A program made the translations under genes and the position numbers. From an uncultured Eubacteriales bacterium (lineage in GTDB: Bacteria; Acidobacteriota; Aminicenantia; Aminicenantales; Aminicenantaceae), in assembly GCA_964550165.1 (NCBI GenBank), contig CAZJYC010000004.1, forward strand, positions 2,795 to 66,794: a DNA stretch of 64,000 nt. The letters run 5' to 3'. The notes beneath the pieces are model-generated. The model saw nothing but the letters and a program-made list of their open reading frames with translations. It did no database searches and was not told the DNA's origin. Position 1 is the stretch's first letter. Each line of letters starts with the position of its first letter. This document shows positions 57,078 to 64,000 of the stretch, piece by piece.

Positions 57078-59495
57078 ATGCAAAACGCCAACAATTACTC
57101 AGAAACGACGAGGAACATTTCTTTAATCCCGCTGAGGGACATCGTTGTTTTCCCTTCCACCCTAGTTCCTTTCATCATCGGACGGCCATCCTCCATTCAA
57201 GCGCTCGAAATTGCGATAGAGAAAGACAAACTGATTTTCCTTGCCGCTCAAATGGATGCGTCTCTGGACAATCCCACGCCCAAGGATATTTATTCCATGG
57301 GTGTGATCGCCAAAATTATCCGTATTCTTAAGATGGACAACAACAACGTCAAAGTTGTCGTCGAAGGGAAGAAAAGGGCAAGAATCATAGAATACCTCAG
57401 CACTTATCCTTTTTATCAAGTTTTGGCTAAAGAAATCAAAGAAATCGAGAGCGAAAGCAAAGAGTTGAAAGAAATATTGCAAAGAGTATTGGCCCTCTTC
57501 GAGGATTATCTCAAGCTCAGCCAGAATGCAAATTTCGAATCCATTATTCCTGCATTGAGAGATAACACTCCTGACAGGATTACCGACATTATTTCCTCAC
57601 ACCTCTATCTTCCTTTAGAAGAAAAGCAGAATCTGTTGGAAACAGTCAACAGCTTCGAAAGAATAAGACGGCTGAATTTTGTCTTAGAAAACGAAATACT
57701 GAAAATTAATTCCAGGCTGAAAAAAGAAGGAAAAAGCCGCCGAAAGGATCTTTTTAGGGAGGCTGGCCAAAAGGTTTTCCCCGCCGGGATTGGTTTTAAA
57801 AAAGAGGATCAGCCTAATGAAATCGAAGAGCTGAAGCGAAAGGTGATTCAAGCCAACATGCCCAAAGATGCCGAAGAGAAGGCTAATAAAGAAATAGAAA
57901 GGCTGGAATCTATGCCTCCGATGTCAGCAGAAGCGACAGTCTGCCGCAACTATCTGGACTGGCTCACCTCATTGCCCTGGAACAAAAAATCCAGGGAGAA
58001 GAGAGCCCTGGATGAAGCAGAAAAAATCCTAGATGAAGATCATTATGGATTGGAGAAGGTCAAAGAAAGGATACTGGAGTATCTTTCGATTCGTCAGCTT
58101 GTTAAAAACCCGAAAGGCATCATTTTAGGCTTTATAGGCCCTCCGGGCGTAGGGAAGAGTTCGCTCGGCCGTTCGATCGCGCGAGCAACGGGAAGAAAAT
58201 TCGTCCGTCTCTCTCTGGGCGGAGTGAGAGACGAAGCCGAAATCCGAGGGCATAGAAGGACATACATCGGAGCCTATCCAGGAAGAATCATCCAGATGAT
58301 AAAAAGAGCCGGAACAAAGAATCCTGTCTTCCTGCTGGACGAAGTGGATAAGATGAGCATGGATTTCAGAGGAGATCCAGCTTCGGCCTTGATGGAGGTC
58401 CTGGATCCTGAACAGAACAGCACTTTTCTCGACCATTACATAGATACCGATTTTGACCTTTCCCAAGTTATGTTCATCGTAACCGCGAACATGCTCGAAC
58501 CCGTTCCTCGGCCTCTACTCGATAGAATGGAAGTCATCAGGATCCCGGGATACACCGAAGATGAAAAACTGCAGATCGCCAAGCGCTTCCTGCTCCCCAA
58601 GCAGTTGAAAGCCCACGGCCTGAATGAGAACAACCTGAAAATCACCGAAAAAGCCTTCATGAAACTCATTCGGGAGTACACAAAAGAAGCCGGTGTAAGG
58701 AATGTCGAACGCGAGATTAACTCCATATGCCGCAAAGTCGTTAAGAAAGTCGTATCCAAAGGCAAGTCCTACGAGGAAAAAGTGACCGACAAGGATCTCG
58801 AAAATTTTCTCGGCATTCCAAGATTCAGACGCTCAGAGATCGACAAAAAAAATGAAATAGGTGTTGCCATAGGCATGGCCTGGACAGAATTTGGCGGAGA
58901 GCTATTAACATTTGAGGTGACAAAAGTCCATGGCAAAGGAAACTTCACCCTGACAGGCCATCTTGGGGAAATCATGCAGGAATCCGCCCAGGCGGCTTTC
59001 AGCTATGTCAAAGGGAAAATCTATGAGCTGAATATCGCCAAGGATTTGCATAAAAATTACGATATTCACATCCATGTCCCAGAGGTCGCTACTCCCAAAG
59101 AAGGCCCTTCTGCCGGGATCACCATCGCCACATCGATCATCTCTCTGCTCACGGAAATCCCGGTCAACAAAAAAGTGGCCATGAGCGGAGAAATTACTCT
59201 GAAGGGAAAAGTCCTTCCGGTGGGCGGTATCAAAGAAAAACTACTGGCTGCTCATCGCGAAGGGATTAAAGAGGCCATTCTTCCCCTTGATAATAAGCCG
59301 GACTTAAAAGATCTCCCAAAAAACATACTTGAGGAAATGAAAATCCATTTTGTCGAAAACATGGATGAAGTCTTGAAAATCGCGCTGATACGGAAACTCC
59401 CCGAAAAACGTGAAAAGAAAAAAGTGGCAGTTCCTTCTGCGCTTCCAAAAAGGGAAGAAGGGGAGGGGCCCCAAGAGCCATCTTTAACTCATTGA
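57078..59495 (+). CDS. lon: ATP-dependent protease La (LonA)
   Basis: [51 protein letters not shown]. Confidence 0.97.
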   Translation: MQNANNYSETTRNISLIPLRDIVVFPSTLVPFIIGRPSSIQALEIAIEKDKLIFLAAQMDASLDNPTPKDIYSMGVIAKIIRILKMDNNNVKVVVEGKKRARIIEYLSTYPFYQVLAKEIKEIESESKELKEILQRVLALFEDYLKLSQNANFESIIPALRDNTPDRITDIISSHLYLPLEEKQNLLETVNSFERIRRLNFVLENEILKINSRLKKEGKSRRKDLFREAGQKVFPAGIGFKKEDQPNEIEELKRKVIQANMPKDAEEKANKEIERLESMPPMSAEATVCRNYLDWLTSLPWNKKSREKRALDEAEKILDEDHYGLEKVKERILEYLSIRQLVKNPKGIILGFIGPPGVGKSSLGRSIARATGRKFVRLSLGGVRDEAEIRGHRRTYIGAYPGRIIQMIKRAGTKNPVFLLDEVDKMSMDFRGDPASALMEVLDPEQNSTFLDHYIDTDFDLSQVMFIVTANMLEPVPRPLLDRMEVIRIPGYTEDEKLQIAKRFLLPKQLKAHGLNENNLKITEKAFMKLIREYTKEAGVRNVEREINSICRKVVKKVVSKGKSYEEKVTDKDLENFLGIPRFRRSEIDKKNEIGVAIGMAWTEFGGELLTFEVTKVHGKGNFTLTGHLGEIMQESAQAAFSYVKGKIYELNIAKDLHKNYDIHIHVPEVATPKEGPSAGITIATSIISLLTEIPVNKKVAMSGEITLKGKVLPVGGIKEKLLAAHREGIKEAILPLDNKPDLKDLPKNILEEMKIHFVENMDEVLKIALIRKLPEKREKKKVAVPSALPKREEGEGPQEPSLTH

Positions 59496-59582
59496 TATTA
59501 AATAAATTAATATATCTCTCAGTTAGACTCTAAACAGAATATCCAGTTCAAAAATAATTGGCAAAAAGGAGAATAAATAAAA

Positions 59583-60863
59583 ATGAAAGAGTATAATTTA
59601 GCCCAACTCGAAGAAAAAGACATTGAAGAATTGCACAAAATTTCCGGACAGTTTGGTCTCTCAGAAGACGAAATCGAGGATTCAAACAAGCACAATCTCA
59701 TCTTCAAGATTCTAGAAGCGCAGGCTAAAAAGAATGGATTGCTTTTTTCCGAAGGCGTCCTGGAATGTCTCGATGATGGTTTTGGCTTTCTCAGGGCCCC
59801 TGAATTCAGTTATTTGCCCAGTCATGACGATATCTATGTTTCTCCTTCCCAGATTCGAAAGTTTCAGCTTCGAACCGGCGATACGATATCAGGAATCGTC
59901 CGTGCGCCTAAAGACGGAGAGAAATATTTTGCCCTGATTAAAATTGAGGCTATCAATTTTGCCCACCCTGAGATAGTTCTTGACTCCAGGAGAAATATAT
60001 ATTTTGACAATCTGACTCCTCTTTATCCCTTTGAAAAAATCAGGCTTGAGGATGGCGAAAAGAAAAATCTTAATGCGCGGGTCATGGACCTTTTAACCCC
60101 GATCGGCAAAGGTCAAAGAGGATTGATCGTTTCTCCTCCTCGAGCAGGAAAAACAACACTTTTGAAGACGATTGCCAAATCGATCGAAAAAAATCACCCC
60201 GAAATATTTCTTATTGTCCTCCTCGTCGCCGAGCGTCCAGAAGAAGTCACGGATTTCCAGAGGAGCATCAATGGCGAAGTGGTCGCATCAACGTTCGACG
60301 AGCCTCCGGCTCGAAATGCTCAGGTGGCCAACATTGTCTTGGAAAAAGCGAAAAGGCTTGTGGAGCTCAAAAAAGATGTCACCATTCTTCTCGACAGCAT
60401 CACCCGCTTGGCCAGAGCCCATAATGCCATTATCCCGCCATCAGGAAAAGTCCTTTCTGGAGGAATTGACGCCAATGCATTGAACAAGCCAAAGAAATTC
60501 TTCGGCTCTGCCAGAAAAGTTGAAGAAGGAGGCAGCTTGACTATCGTCGCCACCGCCCTGATCGATACCGGAAGCCGTATGGATGAAGTAATTTTTGAAG
60601 AGTTTAAGGGAACAGGAAACCTAGAAATAAATCTTGATAGACGTCTTGTCGATAAGCGACTTTTTCCGGCTATAGATATCACTCGCTCTGGCACAAGAAA
60701 AGAAGAGCTTCTTATTGCAGATAACGATCTCAACAGAATTTGGATCCTGAGGAAGGTCCTTAGCCAGCTCAGCGAAGTTGAGTCGATGGAACTTCTTCTG
60801 GAAAAGATATCCAAGACCAAGACAAATGCCGATTTCTTGGATGCGATGAGCAAGGGCCTCTAA
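59583..60863 (+). CDS. rho: Transcription termination factor Rho
   Basis: [54 protein letters not shown]. Confidence 0.98.
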   Translation: MKEYNLAQLEEKDIEELHKISGQFGLSEDEIEDSNKHNLIFKILEAQAKKNGLLFSEGVLECLDDGFGFLRAPEFSYLPSHDDIYVSPSQIRKFQLRTGDTISGIVRAPKDGEKYFALIKIEAINFAHPEIVLDSRRNIYFDNLTPLYPFEKIRLEDGEKKNLNARVMDLLTPIGKGQRGLIVSPPRAGKTTLLKTIAKSIEKNHPEIFLIVLLVAERPEEVTDFQRSINGEVVASTFDEPPARNAQVANIVLEKAKRLVELKKDVTILLDSITRLARAHNAIIPPSGKVLSGGIDANALNKPKKFFGSARKVEEGGSLTIVATALIDTGSRMDEVIFEEFKGTGNLEINLDRRLVDKRLFPAIDITRSGTRKEELLIADNDLNRIWILRKVLSQLSEVESMELLLEKISKTKTNADFLDAMSKGL

Positions 60864-60988
60864 GAAAAAAGCTAAATATTTCCCACCTTTCAGCGATATT
60901 TATATAAGTTATTGATAATAATATAATTATATTATTTTTGCCGACTGTGTCGCATAAGGGATATTATGTAAACTATTATCAATTTTTT

Positions 60989-61825
60989 TTAAAAAATGCT
61001 TTCTTTTAATTTTTTTATTACCCTTAACAATGTCTCTATGATCTCATCTCTTGTCACATTTGGCTTTCTGAATTCAATTTTTACCTTGAATTTATCATCC
61101 TTCTCTGCATAGTTGTAAATAAAAGCTCTTTCTTTTTTAATTTTTCCCTTGATCAACTTTGAAAGGTCTCTTGTATCTTCTCTTTTTAGCTCTCTTTTCT
61201 TTATGGCAGTAATGAGCTTTAGCATGTCGTTCATATCTTTCTGTTTGGCAATTTCTAATATCGTGCTTCGACTTTTAATCTTGTATTCATCGCACAATTT
61301 CCTGATCTCTTTCGGTATTTTACTGATGTTCATTATCTCTGTCACCGTCGACCTGGCTTTTCCTATCTTTCTTGAAATTTGTTCGTGGCTGTATCCATAC
61401 AAATCCGACAAGGCTCTCAATCCATCGGCTTCTTCAAAAACATCTAGATCTTTTCTCTGCATATTCTCGATCAAAGCCATCTCCATTGCTTCATTGTCAG
61501 AAACATTCATCTCAATACAAGGAAGTTCCTTCATTTTGATGTTTTTGGCAGCCACATAGCGTCTTTCGCCAGCGACGATCTCGTAGCGTTCGTTCTTTCT
61601 TCGGACAAGAATTGGTTCAAGTATTCCTTTTTCCTTGATCGAGGCCATAAGCTCCTGGATGTTTCCTAACTCTGTCCTTGCCTGTTGAGGACTCGGGTCG
61701 ATTTCGTTTACTGGAATCATTCTGATTCTGGGGCTGGTAGATCTTGAATCTATCAAGTCCACATAGTGGACATCATGCTTCATTTTTATATGCTCTGGCA
61801 GACCGCTTTTCTTAGCTCTTTGCAC
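60989..61825 (-). CDS. parB: ParB/Spo0J partition protein
   Basis: GILEPILV, IVAGERRY.A, ALIENMQRKDL, HTH; probable GTG start at 61825 after GAGGAGG, overlapping the end of parA. Confidence 0.93.
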   Translation of the reverse strand: MQRAKKSGLPEHIKMKHDVHYVDLIDSRSTSPRIRMIPVNEIDPSPQQARTELGNIQELMASIKEKGILEPILVRRKNERYEIVAGERRYVAAKNIKMKELPCIEMNVSDNEAMEMALIENMQRKDLDVFEEADGLRALSDLYGYSHEQISRKIGKARSTVTEIMNISKIPKEIRKLCDEYKIKSRSTILEIAKQKDMNDMLKLITAIKKRELKREDTRDLSKLIKGKIKKERAFIYNYAEKDDKFKVKIEFRKPNVTRDEIIETLLRVIKKLKESIF

Positions 61826-62576
61826 GACCGATAACCTCCTCAGCAAGTTTCTTGTATTGAACCGCCCCCACCGAATTGGGAGCATAAGTAAATATCGATT
61901 CTTTATAGGCAGGGCTTTCTTCAAGTTTGACACTTTTCGATATCATCGTTTTAAAAACTTTTTTTCCGAAAACACCTTTGATTCGGTCAACAACATCCTT
62001 TGAAATGTTCGTTCTTTTATCATGGAGCGTTATGAGCACTCCCAAGATTTCCAGTTTGGGATTTATATTCTTTCTTATTTTCTCAATAGTCTCAAGCAGG
62101 TCATCCGTTCCTTCCAGACTTAGATAAGACGATTGAATGGGAATTATAATATGGGTTGCCGTCACCAAGGCGTTGATGGTTATCAGGCCAAGAGTGGGTG
62201 GAGTATCGATGATGATAAAATCGTAATCGTTCCTGATCGTTTCCACAACATCTCTCAAGCGGAAGTGTCCATCGATTTCGCCCAGCAGCATCGGCTCCAG
62301 CTTCGCCATCGATATTTTCGAAATGGCCACCTCAAGGCCTGGCACTGAAGACTTGACGATGATTTCTCTGATTTTCACGTTTGAATTCACCAAGACATCA
62401 TAGAGTGACTTTTCATAGAGCGAGGGGTCTCTCACGCTGGAAACTGTGCTATGCGCTTGAGGGTCGGTATCTACCAGAAGGGTGCTTTTTCCAAACAGGG
62501 CAATGGCGGAGGAGAGATTAAAAGCGGTTGTGGTCTTCCCTACCCCTCCTTTTTGATTGGCGATGGCGATGATCAC
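61812..62576 (-). CDS. parA: ParA/Soj partition ATPase
   Basis: NQKGGVGKTT, VDTDPQ, DFIIIDTPP, SVKLEESP. Confidence 0.96.
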   Translation of the reverse strand: MIIAIANQKGGVGKTTTAFNLSSAIALFGKSTLLVDTDPQAHSTVSSVRDPSLYEKSLYDVLVNSNVKIREIIVKSSVPGLEVAISKISMAKLEPMLLGEIDGHFRLRDVVETIRNDYDFIIIDTPPTLGLITINALVTATHIIIPIQSSYLSLEGTDDLLETIEKIRKNINPKLEILGVLITLHDKRTNISKDVVDRIKGVFGKKVFKTMISKSVKLEESPAYKESIFTYAPNSVGAVQYKKLAEEVIGRAKS

Positions 62577-62659
62577 ATTTACGCTCCGGACGGAAATACA
62601 GAAAGTAAAATATAAAAAATAGACCTAAATTGCAAGAACAAAATAGAAAATTATTCAAG

Positions 62660-62679
62660 AATGTCGGCCTGCCGACATT
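62660..62679. promoter_or_regulatory. Palindrome upstream of parA; candidate non-canonical parS or operator
   Basis: AATGTCGGC-CT-GCCGACATT with perfect 9-bp arms. Confidence 0.55.
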
Positions 62680-62766
62680 TTAAAATAAATTTTTGAAAAT
62701 AAATAAATTATGAAATCATACCCCTCATTTACTCCGAAGACGTTTAATATGATTTTTAAGGAGATT

Positions 62767-63192
62767 CTATCCGCAAAATTGGCGCACATATTGTTCTATG
62801 GCAGATTTCCAGGCGAAGTACGCTTTTCCTTTCAAGTGTAGTCCGTCTTTGGTGTATTCCGGATTGAGTTTATTATCTTCGACAATAAACAAAGAATGTA
62901 AATCGACATGATTCACGCCAAGCTCCTTGGCCCCTTGCTTTAAAGAATCATTAATCGCGAGAATTTCCGCCGTTTTGTTCGTATGATCGGGTGCCGGGCC
63001 AAAATCAGGATTGACAGGCAGAAAAATTTTAGGAAAAATTTTCGACCTCGGAGATTTTTCCTGGACAGTCTGAATGATCCTTTTTATCTTCGAAACAATA
63101 GGGTCACCTGTCTTCCCGCGTTCAAGATCGTTAACCACGATCATCAAAAAATTTTTTTGGGGGATGGGAACCGACGACATCGCCCAGCTCAA
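62767..63192 (-). pseudogene. Truncated GDSL/SGNH hydrolase remnant
   Basis: Block III degenerate (LMIVVNDL), block V DGLHL; N-terminal GDS block not found upstream. Confidence 0.65.
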
Positions 63193-63669
63193 CGTCGAAA
63201 AGTAGAAAAACGGAGAGAAAAAAAGAACACGGCAATAACAGTTTTGTGATATTCAGAAAGGTATTTTTTTGCTCTGACAAATCTTAGAAAAAGCAAAAAA
63301 GAAAGAATATGAAGGCTAAGATCTGAGCACTTATTTTCTAACTAATTGAAAATAAATAAGATAAAATGGCTTTATGGCAGAAAGAATATTTAAATTATTG
63401 ATATCAAATAAATTATAAGCGGATAACATGCATAAAATAATACAAATTTCAAATTTATTAGCCTTAAAAAGATGAGAATTTGGATATCAAATTAACCTAA
63501 ATTAGAAAATATTTTAATTCGCAAGCCTTATAATATGTTTAATCGTCTTTTAACTGCCTGTTATTATTAGAATTATTTGTATTTTGTGTTATCATATTCT
63601 AAGTTTTTAACGTCGGACAAGCATACCAGAAAGAATCTTAAAGGAGCTCCCCTGCCCTTTGCCCGGGTC

Positions 63670-64000
63670 TTATTTTTTCAGAACCAAAGGGAATAATTCT
63701 GATTCGGCTCTCCCCTTCCCCATGATCTCCATGACCCTAGCCACCACCTCTGGTCTCGCATCTGCGACGCTGTGTTTCTCGCCGGGGTCATCCCTCAAGT
63801 TATACAACTCGAGCTTCTCCGCCACTGTTTTCCGGAAAGCCTTCCAAACGCCCAAGCGAACGGCCTGGCTCCCATGGTATTCCCAGTAAAGGTACTCATG
63901 CTTGTCCTGCTTCTTGAATTGTCCCAAGAGCTCGGGCAGCAATGAAATGCCATCAATCTCTTCAGGTGGTTCTGCTCCTGCAAGCTCCAAAAAAGTGGGA
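63670..64000 (-). CDS. Arylsulfatase family protein, C-terminal part (runs off the window)
   Basis: IDGISLLPEL, HEYLYWE, AVRLG.WK, ELYNLRDDPGE. Confidence 0.85.
   Translation of the reverse strand, partial: PTFLELAGAEPPEEIDGISLLPELLGQFKKQDKHEYLYWEYHGSQAVRLGVWKAFRKTVAEKLELYNLRDDPGEKHSVADARPEVVARVMEIMGKGRAESELFPLVLKK

Noticed and set aside
62580-63660. oriC in the AT-rich DNA beside parAB
   Set aside because: No convincing DnaA-box cluster and no dnaA gene in the window
1-64000. CRISPR array
   Set aside because: No regularly spaced direct repeats with unique spacers; the repeats found are dispersed and palindromic

Overview
A 64-kb, mostly housekeeping chromosomal segment from an anaerobic, diderm bacterium. 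The protein styles suggest Acidobacteriota / Aminicenantes, but that is an impression and not a computed placement. It carries two Hsp70 operons (dnaK-dnaJ-hspR-sigma70-dnaC-like, and hrcA-grpE-lidless dnaK-dnaJ-rsmE-Ser/Thr kinase), a split purO-like/purH pair, a malic enzyme, a dsrC-dsrM-dsrK-like redox cluster, a split saccharopine pathway (LKR + SDH), cysS, alaS, ilvE, a pilT-family ATPase, tRNA-Leu-tig-lon-rho, parAB, and several envelope and hydrolase genes and pseudogene remnants. The most notable signal is a tRNA-Asn(GUU) gene interrupted inside the anticodon (between positions 35 and 36) by a 350-nt group I intron. All core helices can be read from the sequence, and loop L1 holds an apparently internally deleted HNH homing-endonuclease ORF with its own ribosome-binding site. 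Also notable are a modular, covarying palindromic intergenic repeat family (at least 5 substantial copies) and a non-canonical parS-like palindrome upstream of parA. No CRISPR array, prophage or autonomous IS was seen. All calls come from reading the sequence by eye; no searches were run.
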